In this document: in pieces, positions 1 through 12,016 of the stretch
How the letters are laid out: every line of letters starts with the position of its first letter
Numbering within the stretch: the stretch's first letter is position 1
Source of the DNA: Roseomonas sp.
Lineage (GTDB): Bacteria; Pseudomonadota; Alphaproteobacteria; Acetobacterales; Acetobacteraceae
Length of the DNA stretch: 64,000 nucleotides
Reading direction: 5' to 3'
Assembly (NCBI GenBank): GCA_041914265.1
Contig: JAYSDS010000008.1
Location: 8,283 to 72,282, forward strand
Position numbers and translations under genes: made by a program
The notes under the pieces: generated by a model
What the model was told of the DNA's origin: nothing
What the model saw: the letters and a program-made list of their open reading frames with translations, nothing else
The model's database searches: none

Positions 1-1382
1 TAGCGCGCGAAGCGGTCGCGCGAGGTGCCGCGCGTGAAGAAGGACCCCTTGCCCGGATGCGTGCCGGGCCAGGTGCGCCAGGGAATGCCATCCCCATCGA
101 CATCGAGGTAGCGCCCGAAGCTCTTCGCCGCGTCGAGCCCCGCGGCATCGAGCACCTTGCCGCGATCCATGCGGCGGTCCGGGTCCCAGGCGAAGGGCTC
201 GCACAGCCAGTCATTCATGCCGATGTCGAGGTCGAGCATGACGAAGACCGGCGTCTGCAGCCGGTCCGCCAGGTCGAAGGCATCCGCGCCGAAGGTGAAG
301 CACTCGTTCGGGTCCTGCGGCAGCAGCATGACGTGCTTGGTGTCGCCATGGCTGGCATAGGCGGCGGATAGCAGGTCCGATTGCTGTGTGCGCGTCGGCA
401 TGCCCGTGGAGGGCCCGGCACGCTGCACGTCGAACAGCACGGCGGGGATCTCGGCGAAATAGGCGAGGCCGAGGAATTCCTGCATAAGCGACACGCCGGG
501 CCCCGAGGTCGCGGTGAAGGCCCGCGCCCCGTTCCAGGCCGCACCCACCACCATGCCGATGGAGGCCAGCTCATCCTCCGCCTGCACGATGGCGTAGCGC
601 TTGCCGCCCGTCTCGGGGTCCTTGCGCAGGCGCGTGCAGTGCTTCTCGAAAGCCTCGGCGAGCGAGGTGGAGGGCGTGATCGGATACCACGCGCAGACCG
701 TGGCGCCGCCATAGACGGCACCGAGCCCCGCGGCGTTGTTGCCGTCTGTGAAGATGCGGTCGCCCACCGCATCCGCGCGCTTCAGGCGCAACCCGATCGG
801 GCATTGCAGGTTCTGCTGCGCCCAGTCGCGACCCATCTCGAGTGCTGCGTAGTTGGGCGGGATCAGCTTCTCCTTGCCCTTGAACTGCGCCGCGATGGAC
901 GCCTTCACGGCCTCCACATCCATGTCGAGCAGCGCCGACAGCGCGCCGAGATAGACGATGTTCTTGAAGAGCTGCCGCTGCCGCGGATCGGAATAGGCGG
1001 CGTTCGTGATCTCCGTCAGCGGACAGCCGACGACGGTGATGTCGTCGCGGAAGCGCGACGCCGGCATGGGCCGCGTCGAATCGTAGAACAGGTAGCCGCC
1101 CGGTTCGATCTCGGCGATGTCGCGGTCCCAGGTCTGCGGGTTCATCGCGACCATCATGTCCACGCCGCCGCGCCGGCCCATGTGGCCGGCCTCGCTGACG
1201 CGGACCTCGAACCAGGTCGGCAGGCCCTGGATGTTCGAGGGGAAGATGTTGCGCGAGGCGATGGGGATGCCCATGCGCAGGATGGATTTCGCGAAGAGCC
1301 CGTTGGCGGAAGCGGAACCGGACCCGTTGACGTTGGCGAATTTGACGACGAAGTCGTTCGTCGCGACTAGCGGCTGTGGCAT
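1..1382 (-). CDS. 2-oxoacid:ferredoxin (acceptor) oxidoreductase, fused gamma/alpha subunit (KorA-like); 3' end runs off the window
   Basis: Not in the ORF track because there is no stop inside the window. Hand translation of the minus frame from ATG 1382-1380 gives MPQPLVATNDFVVKFANVNGSGSASANGLFAKSILRMGIPIASRNIFPSNIQGLPTWFEV...GPGVSLMQEFLGLAYFAEIPAVLFDVQRAGPSTGMPT... and stays open to position 1. This is the typical gamma+alpha architecture of 2-oxoacid:ferredoxin oxidoreductases. The start overlaps the stop of the upstream gene. The listed ORFs 381..1370(+) and 571..1503(-) are Arg-rich junk frames. Confidence 0.8.
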   Translation of the reverse strand, partial: MPQPLVATNDFVVKFANVNGSGSASANGLFAKSILRMGIPIASRNIFPSNIQGLPTWFEVRVSEAGHMGRRGGVDMMVAMNPQTWDRDIAEIEPGGYLFYDSTRPMPASRFRDDITVVGCPLTEITNAAYSDPRQRQLFKNIVYLGALSALLDMDVEAVKASIAAQFKGKEKLIPPNYAALEMGRDWAQQNLQCPIGLRLKRADAVGDRIFTDGNNAAGLGAVYGGATVCAWYPITPSTSLAEAFEKHCTRLRKDPETGGKRYAIVQAEDELASIGMVVGAAWNGARAFTATSGPGVSLMQEFLGLAYFAEIPAVLFDVQRAGPSTGMPTRTQQSDLLSAAYASHGDTKHVMLLPQDPNECFTFGADAFDLADRLQTPVFVMLDLDIGMNDWLCEPFAWDPDRRMDRGKVLDAAGLDAAKSFGRYLDVDGDGIPWRTWPGTHPGKGSFFTRGTSRDRFAR

Positions 1383-3160
1383 GCGTGTGCCTTCGGCTTC
1401 GCGGTCTCGAGCAGGAACTTCTGCATGTCCCAGGCGCCGGTCGGGCAGCGCTCGGCGCACAGGCCGCAGTGCAGGCAGACGTCCTCGTCCTTGACCATGA
1501 CACGGCCCGTCTTCAGGCCATCCTGAACGTAGAGATCCTGATAGGTGTTCACCGCCGGGGCCTTGAGCCGCGTGCGGAGTTCCTCCTCCTCGCCATTCTC
1601 CGTGAAGGTGATGCAGTCGGTCGGGCAGATGTCGACGCACGCATCGCATTCGATGCAGAGCTTCGCCGAGAAGACTGTCTGCACGTCGCAGTTCAGGCAA
1701 CGCTGCGTCTCGAGATAGGCCATCTCCCGATCGAAGCCGAGCTCGACCTCCGCGGTGATGTCGCGCAGCGCCTTCTCGGCCGGCAGGTGCGGCACCTTGT
1801 AGCGCAGGTCGAGCGAGACCTCGTTGTCATAGGCCCATTCGTGGATGCCCATCTTCTGGCTCTGCAGATGGACGTCGGGCGGCGGGCGGTCGTGGACATC
1901 CGCGCCCTTGCAGAACAGGTCGATCGACACCGCCGCCTGGTGGCCATGCGCCACGGCCCAGATGATGTTCTTCGGCCCGAAGGCGGCGTCGCCGCCGAAG
2001 AAGACGCGGGGCTCGGTCGATTGGAGCGTGCCGGTGTCGAGCTTCGGCAGGCCCCAGCGGTCGAATTCGACGCCGGCGTCGCGCTCGATCCAGGGGAAGG
2101 CGTTCTCCTGGCCGATCGCCACCAGCACGTCGTCGCATTCCAGCGTCACGTCCGGTTCGCCGGTCGGCCGCAGCGAACGCCGGCCCTTCTCGTCGTACTG
2201 GGCGGCGACCTTCTCGAAGACCATGCCGGTCAGGCGGCCATGGTCGTGCAGCACTTCCTTCGGCACCAGGTAGTTGAGGATCGGGATGCCTTCATGCATC
2301 GCGTCCTCCTTCTCCCAGGGGCTCGCCTTCATCTCCTCGAAGCCGGAGCGGACGACGACCTTCACATCCTCGCCGCCGAGGCGACGCGCCGAGCGGCAGC
2401 AATCCATCGCGGTATTGCCGCCGCCGAGCACGATGACGCGCCGGCCGATGCTGCTCACATGGCCGAAGGACACCGAGGCGAGCCAGTCGATGCCGAGATG
2501 GATATGCGCCGCCGCTTCCTTGCGGCCGGGCACGTCCAGCTCGCGCCCGCGCGGCGCGCCGGAGCCGACGAAGACGGCGTCATACCCTTCCGCGAGCAGC
2601 CCCTTCAGGCTGTCCACGCGCCGGTTCATGTGGCTGACCACGCCGCCGCGATCGAGCGCGTAGCCGCACTCCTCGTCGATCACTTCCTCGGGCAGGCGGA
2701 AGCGCGGGATCTGCTGGCGGATGAAGCCGCCGGGCTTCGCCTCGCCATCGAAGACATGGATCTCGTAGCCGAGCGGCGCGAGGTCGCGCGCGACGGTCAT
2801 GCTCGCCGGGCCGGCGCCGACGCAGGCGATGCGCTTGCCGTTCCCCTCGCGCGGGATCTCCGGCATGCGATGCGCGACCGCGCCCTTGTTGTCGGCGGCG
2901 ACGCGCTTCAACCGGCAGATCGCGACGGGTTCTTCCTCGACGCGCCCCCGCCGGCAGGCGGGTTCGCAGGGCCGGTCGCAGGTGCGCCCCAGGATTCCGG
3001 GGAACACATTGGAATACCAGTTGACCATGTAGGCGTCGGCGTAGCGCCCTGCCGCGATCATCCGGATGTATTCCGGCACGGGCGTATGGGCCGGGCACGC
3101 CCATTGGCAATCGACGACCTTGTGGAAATGGTCGGGGTTCGAGATATCGGTCGGCTTCAT
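1367..3160 (-). CDS. GltD-like NAD(P)H-dependent FAD oxidoreductase with C-terminal 2x[4Fe-4S] ferredoxin domain
   Basis: ORF 1367..3253 trimmed to ATG 3160 (MKPTDISNPDHF). Dinucleotide-binding motifs RIACVGAGPASMTVARDL and VIVLGGGNTAMDC. Cys clusters CLNCDVQ..CIECDACVDICP and CLHCGLCAERCP. Overlaps the kor-like gene downstream. Confidence 0.85.
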   Translation of the reverse strand: MKPTDISNPDHFHKVVDCQWACPAHTPVPEYIRMIAAGRYADAYMVNWYSNVFPGILGRTCDRPCEPACRRGRVEEEPVAICRLKRVAADNKGAVAHRMPEIPREGNGKRIACVGAGPASMTVARDLAPLGYEIHVFDGEAKPGGFIRQQIPRFRLPEEVIDEECGYALDRGGVVSHMNRRVDSLKGLLAEGYDAVFVGSGAPRGRELDVPGRKEAAAHIHLGIDWLASVSFGHVSSIGRRVIVLGGGNTAMDCCRSARRLGGEDVKVVVRSGFEEMKASPWEKEDAMHEGIPILNYLVPKEVLHDHGRLTGMVFEKVAAQYDEKGRRSLRPTGEPDVTLECDDVLVAIGQENAFPWIERDAGVEFDRWGLPKLDTGTLQSTEPRVFFGGDAAFGPKNIIWAVAHGHQAAVSIDLFCKGADVHDRPPPDVHLQSQKMGIHEWAYDNEVSLDLRYKVPHLPAEKALRDITAEVELGFDREMAYLETQRCLNCDVQTVFSAKLCIECDACVDICPTDCITFTENGEEEELRTRLKAPAVNTYQDLYVQDGLKTGRVMVKDEDVCLHCGLCAERCPTGAWDMQKFLLETAKPKAHACHSR

Positions 3161-3352
3161 GCACGCCCCCTCCACCCGGATGGTTGCGAGGCGGCATGAT
3201 GCCGAAGGCTCAGGCTGCGACGGCGCGATGGCTGCCGCGCAAGCGCGATGCACATTCCTGTTCGTCCACTCCCTGCCGTTTCACGGCTTGGTGCGGACCT
3301 TGCCCCAAGCACGGGGCGGCGGCAACGAGTAGATTCGTGCTGCGCCGCAGCG

Positions 3353-3901
3353 TCAGACCTCGAGGAAGACGGTCTCGCCGGCGCCCTGCAGGCGGATGTC
3401 GAGCCGCCAGCTCCCCTCCCCGTCCGGCCGCGCAATCAGCGTGTCGCGACGCGCATCCGGCACCAGCGCGAGGATCGGGTCTTCGGCCAGTTGCGCATCG
3501 CCGGCGAAATAGGCGCGCGTCGTCAATCCGCGCATCAGGCCACGCGCGAAGAGCGTCAGCACGATGTGCGGCGCCTGGGTGCTGTTGCCGGGCCCCGGCA
3601 CCGGCCCGGGCCTGACCGTCACGAAGCGGAAGCCGCCTTGCGCATCGGTGGCGCATCGCCCGAAGCCATGGAAGGCGCCATCGTAGCGGCCTTCCGGATC
3701 GGCCTGCCACAGCTCGACCATCGCATCGACCACGGCCTCACCCGCGCCATCGGTGACGGTGCCGCGCAGGGTGATGCGCTCGCCCGCAATACCGGCATTG
3801 GGGCCATCCGTGCGCAGCAGGTCGGCCCAGGCCGGAAAGTCGATCAGGTGCCAGTAGGGACCGGCCGTCTGGCTCGCCGTCGCAGGGGTCATGTCAGGCA
3901 T
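3353..3901 (-). CDS. pcaG: protocatechuate 3,4-dioxygenase alpha chain-like (intradiol dioxygenase)
   Basis: 182-aa ORF with SQTAGPYWHL near the N-terminus and APHIVLTLFARGL, as in PcaG. Its start overlaps the pcaH stop by 8 nt. An alternative ATG lies at 3892. Confidence 0.8.
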   Translation of the reverse strand: MPDMTPATASQTAGPYWHLIDFPAWADLLRTDGPNAGIAGERITLRGTVTDGAGEAVVDAMVELWQADPEGRYDGAFHGFGRCATDAQGGFRFVTVRPGPVPGPGNSTQAPHIVLTLFARGLMRGLTTRAYFAGDAQLAEDPILALVPDARRDTLIARPDGEGSWRLDIRLQGAGETVFLEV

Positions 3902-4598
3902 TCTCGAAGGGCGTGGCGGCGCGGCCGCGCAGGACGATGTCGAAGCGGTAGCCCAGCGCCCAGTCGGCCCGTATCAGCGCAGGATCCAACGACGCGACCA
4001 GGCGCTGCCGCGCCGCCTCGTCACCGCTGCCCTGGAAGATGGCGTCGAGGGCGAGAAGCGGATCGCCGGGGAAGTACATCTGGGTGATCAGCCGCTGGGC
4101 GAAGCCCGCCCCATGCAGCCCGAAATGGATGTGCTGCGGCCGCCAGCCCGGCCCCGGATTACGCCAGGGATAAGCACCCGGCTTGATCGTGGTGAAGCTG
4201 TAGCGGCCCTCGGCATCGGTGAAGACGCGACCTTCGCCATGAAAGTTGGGGTCGAGCGGCGCATCGTGCTGGTCGCGCGCATGGTGGTACCGGCCCGCGG
4301 CATTGGCCTGCCAGACCTCGACCATGGCGCCGGCGACGGGCCGGCCATCCTCGTCCGTGACGCGGCCGGCGACGATGATGCGCTCCCCGAGCGCCGGCTT
4401 GCCGTTCACGACCGACAAATCCTCGTGCGGCGCATACCAGGCCGGGGTGAAGCGTGGCGCGCTCGCTTCGGTCAGTGTCGTTGGGATGCGCAGCGGCGGC
4501 TGCGACGGGTGTCGATGCGCCGTGCTCCGATAGCTCGGCAGGTCGAGCGGAGGCTGGCTGCCGGGCGCCATCGGGCGGAAGGGGATCGGGTCCACCAT
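3894..4598 (-). CDS. pcaH: protocatechuate 3,4-dioxygenase beta chain-like
   Basis: ORF 3894..4958 trimmed to ATG 4598, which is preceded by GGAGG (MVDPIPF...). Contains VEVWQANAAGRYHH and WRPQHIHFGL, typical intradiol dioxygenase beta-chain motifs. Confidence 0.85.
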   Translation of the reverse strand: MVDPIPFRPMAPGSQPPLDLPSYRSTAHRHPSQPPLRIPTTLTEASAPRFTPAWYAPHEDLSVVNGKPALGERIIVAGRVTDEDGRPVAGAMVEVWQANAAGRYHHARDQHDAPLDPNFHGEGRVFTDAEGRYSFTTIKPGAYPWRNPGPGWRPQHIHFGLHGAGFAQRLITQMYFPGDPLLALDAIFQGSGDEAARQRLVASLDPALIRADWALGYRFDIVLRGRAATPFENA

Positions 4599-4650
4599 GG
4601 TGTTGCCTCCCTTGGTTGAGAGGAACGGTGGGCGGGCCCGACCCGCCGCG

Positions 4651-5570
4651 TCAAGTGTCCTCGCGCAGGATGCGTACCGCGGCGAGCAGGGCGCGTTCAT
4701 AGCGCGCCCGTTCCTGCGCGGTCTTCTCGGGTGGCCAGTCGCGGAAGCCGCGGCCGGTCTTGGGGCCGAGCCGGTTTTCCGCCACCAGCCGCGCCAGCGT
4801 CGGGCTGGGATCCGGGCTGTTGCACAAGGACGGATAGATGGTGCGCCCGGCCTCGAGCTGCGTCTCCAGCCCCGCCAATTCCTTCTGCGTGATCGGCCCC
4901 GCGGCGAGGTAGCGGAAGCCGAAGCAGTAGCGCACGGCGTTGTCGACATCCTCGGCACTCGCGAGGCCCTGGTCGATCACGGCGAAAGCCTCCCGCATCA
5001 AGGCGTGCTGGATGCGGTTGGCGAGGAAGCCCGGCACGTCCTTCGCGACCCGGATGGCCTTGCGTCCAAGCCCGTTCATGATGTCGGCGACGGCGTCGCA
5101 CATCGCAGGATCGGTGTACTCGCCCTGCACGACCTCGACGCCGGGGACGAGATGCGCCGGCAGGAAGAAATGCAGGTTCGCGCATCGCGCACGCGTGGCG
5201 ATGTGCCCGGCGATATCGGTGATGCGATAGCCGGACGCGTTGGACACGACCGGAACATGCGGCGGCACCAGCGTGTCGAGCTTCCCGAACACCTCCTGCT
5301 TCAGCGCCAGGCGTTCGGGCACCGCCTCGATGACGATCTCGGCGCTGGCGTAATCGGGTGCGGCGATATCCGCGACCAGCGTCAGCGCCGCCGCCCGTTC
5401 CGGATCGCCGTCGAGCTGCCCGATCGACTGCCGCAACCGCGCCAGCACATCCGGCCAGCGCTGTTCCGCCGGCTCCAGCGCCGTGACGCGCCAGCCGCCG
5501 GCGAGGAAGATGGCCGCGATGTCGCAGCCCATCAGGCCCATGCCGAGAATCACGGCATGGCGTTGCGTGG

Positions 5571-5574
<4 letters not shown>
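4651..5574 (-). CDS. 3-hydroxyacyl-CoA dehydrogenase family protein
   Basis: 307 aa. Rossmann motif [19 protein letters not shown]- and C-domain pattern ([34 protein letters not shown]). The ATG overlaps the ureG stop (ATGA at 5571-5574). Confidence 0.8.
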
Positions 5575-6178
<604 letters not shown>

Positions 6179-6182
<4 letters not shown>

Positions 6183-6952
6183 GATCTGAAGAGCCTCGTG
6201 TATTGGGTTTCATGGCGGATGGAGAAGAGGTCCAGCGCCGGGCTCGCCGTGCCGAGGCGGTCGAGCCTCGCCCGCAGCGCCGCCTCGGTGGCCTCGGCGA
6301 CGATCGGCATGAGGGCCGCCGTCGCGATCTGTCCATCGGTCTGGCCAAGCGGCACCAGCCGCACGCCTGCCGAGACGAGATTGGCCGCGAAGGCCGAGAG
6401 ATAGCCGAAGGCGGCTTCCCGCAGCGCCACGCCATGCGCAGCCGCCGCCGCACCAAATGCCACGGCATGCACGATGCGCCGCGGGTGCCGGGCGACGAAA
6501 GCGGCGAGCCGTGGCTCCGGCCAGGCCGCCAGCGTCACGTTGAGGAATGCCGTGCCCTGCGCCTCGGCCTCCAGCGCGGTCTCCGCCGTGCCGCGCCAGG
6601 CGGCACCGAGTTCGGTCACCGCATCCAGCGCGCGCGTTCGGCCGGCCGCGAAGGCGCGATGCGCGGCGGCCAGCAGCGCGCCATCCACGCGCCCTGCCCC
6701 ATCGCGCAGCGCGGCGGCGACATAGGCGACGAGGTCATCCCGCCGCCGCACCGCGCCGTCCTCCACCGCCGTCTCCAGCCCATGGCTGTAGGTATAGGCG
6801 CCGACCGGATAAGCCGGCGAAAGCCAGGCCAGCAGGCGATAGAGCGCCTCAGTGGTGGTGATGGTCGCAGTGCTCGTGGTCGTGGTCGTGGTGATGGTCG
6901 TGATCGCCGTGGTGATGGTGGTGATGGCCCTGGTGGTAATTGTGCTCGCCAT
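6179..6952 (-). CDS. ureF: urease accessory protein UreF
   Basis: Core [17 protein letters not shown] matches the UreF family. The only ATG/GTG/TTG start in frame is ATG 6952, which lies 104 nt inside ureE. The resulting N-terminus is [15 protein letters not shown].... Confidence 0.85.
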
Positions 6953-7391
6953 AGGCGCCGCCCTCGGGGTCGAAGGGCGCGGAGACCTTGCGCAGGGTCG
7001 CGCCCAACCCTTCCAGCATATGCACGATCACATGGTCGTCGCGGATCAGCAGCCGGTCGCCCGCGATCTGCGTCGGCAGGTGCCGGTTGCCGAGATGCCA
7101 GGCAAGGCGCGCGAAGTGTTCGTGGTCCTTCGCGGTGATCTCGACCAGCGGCTCCGGTGCAGCCTTCACCCGGACGAAGCCGCCCGTCGCCAGCGCCAGC
7201 CCGTCGCCATCGTGCAGCACCGTCGCCTCCGGCAGGTCGAGCAGGAAGGCGAGCCCGCCCTGCCCGGTATAGAGCTTGCGGCGGCGATAGCGGTCGTCGA
7301 AATCGACCAGCACGGCGTCGCGCGCCTCGGCCTCGGGCCAGGTACCGGCGCGGTGCACCGTGGTCGCGCGGGGAGTGCTTTCCGGATCCAT
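6849..7391 (-). CDS. ureE: urease accessory metallochaperone UreE with His-rich tail
   Basis: ORF 6849..8444 trimmed to ATG 7391 (MDPESTPRA...). The upstream part overlaps ureC in another frame. Contains LAWHLGNRHLP and the C-terminal tail [25 protein letters not shown]. Confidence 0.9.
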   Translation of the reverse strand: MDPESTPRATTVHRAGTWPEAEARDAVLVDFDDRYRRRKLYTGQGGLAFLLDLPEATVLHDGDGLALATGGFVRVKAAPEPLVEITAKDHEHFARLAWHLGNRHLPTQIAGDRLLIRDDHVIVHMLEGLGATLRKVSAPFDPEGGAYGEHNYHQGHHHHHHGDHDHHHDHDHEHCDHHHH

Positions 7392-7399
7392 CGCGTTCC

Positions 7400-9114
<1,715 letters not shown>

Positions 9115-9115
<1 letters not shown>

Positions 9116-9420
9116 TACAGCGCTCCTTCCGTCTCGCCGCGGAAGCCGTGCACGATGCGCGCGCCGGCGTAATCGACCAGCCGCACCTTGCGTGTCTGGC
9201 CCGGTTCGAAGCGCACCGCCGTGCCGGAAGCGATGTCGAGCCGCTTGCCGCGCGCGGCCGCGCGGTCGAAGCGCAGCAGCGGATTGGTCTCCGCGAAATG
9301 GTAGTGGCTGCCGACCTGCACGGGGCGGTCGCCGGTATTCGCCACCTCGATCTCGATGGCGTCGCGGCCCGCGTTCAATTCGATGTCCCCGGCGGCGGGG
9401 ATGATCTCGCCCGGGATCAT
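9115..9420 (-). CDS. ureB: urease beta subunit
   Basis: 101 aa, [19 protein letters not shown]...[15 protein letters not shown] overlap with the ureA stop. Confidence 0.97.
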
Positions 9421-9899
9421 CGGCGGGCTCCTTTCGCCTTGGGTTTCGCTGCGGGCTTGCGCTTGGGCGCGGGCTTGGCGGCGGGCTTCTTCGCGGGTGC
9501 CTTCTTCGCAACGGGCTTCTTCGCGGCGGTCTTCTTGGCCGCCGGCTTCTTCGCCTTCGGTGCCGCCTTCGCCCGCGCGCGCTTCACCGGTACGGCATCG
9601 CGGATCGGCTCATGCACCGTCACCAGCTTGGTGCCGTCCGGGAAGGTTGCCTCGACCTGGATCTCGACGATCATCTCGGGGATGCCGTCCATCACCTGGT
9701 CGCGCGTCAGCACCGTCGCGCCATCGCGCATCAGCTCGGCAACCGTGCGGCCATCGCGCGCGCCCTCGACCACATAGTCGGTGATCAGCGCGACGGCTTC
9801 GGGAAAGTTCAGCTTCACCCCGCGCTCCAGCCGCCGGCGCGCGACGATCGCCGCCATCGCCACCAGCAGCTTGTCCTTTTCCCGAGGCGTCAGGTTCAT
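9417..9899 (-). CDS. ureA: urease gamma subunit with a 60-aa Lys/Ala/Pro-rich C-terminal extension
   Basis: Residues 1-100 ([12 protein letters not shown]...[11 protein letters not shown]) form a full-length UreA. The frame continues without a stop through [60 protein letters not shown]. Confidence 0.9.
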   Translation of the reverse strand: MNLTPREKDKLLVAMAAIVARRRLERGVKLNFPEAVALITDYVVEGARDGRTVAELMRDGATVLTRDQVMDGIPEMIVEIQVEATFPDGTKLVTVHEPIRDAVPVKRARAKAAPKAKKPAAKKTAAKKPVAKKAPAKKPAAKPAPKRKPAAKPKAKGARR

Positions 9900-9968
9900 C
9901 CGGTTCCGCTCCTCAGCCAGCCGCCGCGACGGCCCAGCAAGACCCGCGCCATCATGGCCGCAGCGGGC

Positions 9969-10787
9969 TCAACACGTCCACAGGCGCGGCAGGGCCGGCG
10001 GCAGGCCGAAGGCCTCGGCACGAAGCTGGCGGATCGCCGCGCCAAGCCCGTCCCGGACCGCCATCGCGCCGCCGAGCCAGCGCAGCAGCATGAGCCCCGG
10101 CCGGGCGATGGTGACGGCCTGCCCGGCCTCCCGCAGGCGGTCGCGCAGGGGTTCGAGCGGCGCTTCCTGCGCGAGCAGCAGCGTCGCCATGGCCTCTGCG
10201 CCCGCGACGCCGAAGGGGGCATCCAGCCCCGCCCGCACATCGCCTTCCAGCGCCAGCCCGTCAGCCCAGAGCAACCGCCCCGCACGGCTGAGGCGCCAGG
10301 AATCGAAGATGCTGCCATGGTGCAGCGCCTCCCCCCGCGCATGCCGGCCGAAGACCAGCATCTCGCCCATGAGCAGCCGCGCGGCGGGGGCGAGCGCGAC
10401 ATCGATCCGGCGATCGAGCCGCGCGCCGTCGAACAGGATCGCCTCCTGCGGGATCCATTCCAGCGTGGCGCCGGCGGCGACATCGAGCCTGGTCGCGATG
10501 CGCGTCTCCGGCCCCAGGCTGCGATAGATCTTCTCGGCCGCCGGGGTGGAGATGGTCGCCGTGGCGCCCTGCTCCAGCCCGATCGAGACGGCGACCTCGT
10601 CGCCGCCGGCCAGCCCGCCCGCCGTGTTCACCAGCGCGGCGAGCGGCCAGTCGGCCGCTTCCGGATTCGGGAACAGGATGCGCATTGGCGCGGCCTGGTG
10701 CAGGTCGATCAGCCGCGTCCCGCCGCGCGCGACGGCAAAGCGGAGCGACGCGCCGCCGCGCGAGCGTTGATGGGCAGTACCGGGCAT
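9969..10787 (-). CDS. ureD: urease accessory protein UreD
   Basis: 272 aa with the UreD/UreH pattern (VNTAGGLAGGDEV, ATLEWIPQEAILF). First gene of the ure block. ATG verified at 10787. Confidence 0.9.
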   Translation of the reverse strand: MPGTAHQRSRGGASLRFAVARGGTRLIDLHQAAPMRILFPNPEAADWPLAALVNTAGGLAGGDEVAVSIGLEQGATATISTPAAEKIYRSLGPETRIATRLDVAAGATLEWIPQEAILFDGARLDRRIDVALAPAARLLMGEMLVFGRHARGEALHHGSIFDSWRLSRAGRLLWADGLALEGDVRAGLDAPFGVAGAEAMATLLLAQEAPLEPLRDRLREAGQAVTIARPGLMLLRWLGGAMAVRDGLGAAIRQLRAEAFGLPPALPRLWTC

Positions 10788-10829
10788 CGGCGCGAGACTG
10801 CCACGCCCGCGCGCCGGCGCAAGCCGGGT

Positions 10830-11963
10830 TCAGGCGTTGGGTCGCAACATCTGCCGCAGCACTGCCCCATCCGAGAGCAGGTCGAAGCCTTCATTGATCT
10901 GGTCGAAGGTGATGTGGCTCGTCTTGAGCTTGTCCACCGGCAGCTTGCCGCGCCGGTACAGCCCCAGCAGCCGCGGCAGGTCGCGTTCCGGTACGCAGGA
11001 TCCCATGTAGGAGCCGCGGATCGAACGTTCCTCACTGACCAGCGAGGCATGCAGATACGACACCTCCGCACGGATATTGGGCAGGCCGGCGCTGATGGTC
11101 TCGCCGCCGCGCGCGGTGATGGCGAGCGCGAGTTGCATCGCCGGGATCGACCCCGCGGTCTCCACCACCTTGTCCACGCCGCCATCCGTCGCGTCGCGCA
11201 CGGCCGCCGCGCAATCGTCATTGCCGGCGAGGAAGACGTCCGTCGCCCCCCATTGCTTCGCCATCTCGAGCTTCTTGGGATTGGTATCGATGGCGATGAT
11301 GCGTTCCGCCCCAGCGGCGACCGCGCCGAACAGCGCATTCATCCCGACGCCGCCAAGGCCGACGATGGCGACTTCCTCGCCCGCCTTGATCCCGGCGGTG
11401 TTGAGCACCGCTCCGGCGCCGGTCATCACCGCGCAGCCGAAGATCGCCGCGTCGTCGAGCGGAATGTCGTCGCCGATCTTCACGCAGGACCGCCGCGCGA
11501 CCACCGCGAACTGCGCATAGAGCGACAGTCCCGAATTGTGATTGATCGGCGTGCCGTCCAGCCGCTTCAGGCGCTTCGTCCCGGTCGGCAACTGCCCCGC
11601 CGCCCGTGCCGCATTGCCGGTCGGGCAGATGTTGGGCCGTCCCCGCACGCAGTACCGGCAATTCCCGCAGGAGGGCGCAAAGACGGTGATGACATGGTCG
11701 CCCGGCTTGAGGTCGGTGATGCCCTGCCCCACCTCCCGCACGATGCCCGCGCCTTCATGGCCAATGACGATGGGCAGCGGGCGCGGGCGCTGGTTCTCGA
11801 TGGTCGAGAGATCGGAATGGCACAGGCCGGCGGCGGCGACCTCGATCAGCAATTCGCCGGGGCCAGGCGGGTCGAGTTCGACCTCCTCCACCACCATTGG
11901 CCGGGTCTCGGCGTAAGGGCGCGGCAGCCCCTGCTGATAGAGAACGGCAGCCTTGATGCGCAT
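10830..11963 (-). CDS. zinc-dependent alcohol dehydrogenase family protein
   Basis: ORF trimmed to ATG 11963 (AAGGAAG SD; MRIKAAVLYQ). Contains GLCHSDLS, GHEGAGIVREVG and the Rossmann motif VGLGGVGMNA. Confidence 0.9.
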   Translation of the reverse strand: MRIKAAVLYQQGLPRPYAETRPMVVEEVELDPPGPGELLIEVAAAGLCHSDLSTIENQRPRPLPIVIGHEGAGIVREVGQGITDLKPGDHVITVFAPSCGNCRYCVRGRPNICPTGNAARAAGQLPTGTKRLKRLDGTPINHNSGLSLYAQFAVVARRSCVKIGDDIPLDDAAIFGCAVMTGAGAVLNTAGIKAGEEVAIVGLGGVGMNALFGAVAAGAERIIAIDTNPKKLEMAKQWGATDVFLAGNDDCAAAVRDATDGGVDKVVETAGSIPAMQLALAITARGGETISAGLPNIRAEVSYLHASLVSEERSIRGSYMGSCVPERDLPRLLGLYRRGKLPVDKLKTSHITFDQINEGFDLLSDGAVLRQMLRPNA

Positions 11964-12016
11964 GCCCTGCTTCCTTGTCTTGGACAAGCGCAGGGGACCG
12001 TGCAAGGCGGGCGGCG

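Noticed and set aside
381-1503. ORFs 381..1370(+) and 571..1503(-), offered by the track for the first 1.5 kb.
   Set aside because: Both translate to Arg-rich nonsense. The third minus-strand frame is absent from the track because it has no stop in the window, and it encodes a clean KorA-like protein.
6850-6950. Short-period repetition (ACC/ATC/CAC units) that looks like a microsatellite or degenerate tandem repeat.
   Set aside because: It is fully explained as the coding sequence of the UreE His-rich tail. There is no regular repeat-spacer structure, so it is not CRISPR-like.
9417-9599. Possibility that the Lys/Ala/Pro-rich stretch is a separate small histone-like gene between ureA and ureB.
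   Set aside because: There is no stop codon after the canonical UreA end and no start codon with an SD at the beginning of the tail. It is in frame with ureA and ends in the ATGA junction with ureB, so I treat it as a fusion tail (kept as a finding).
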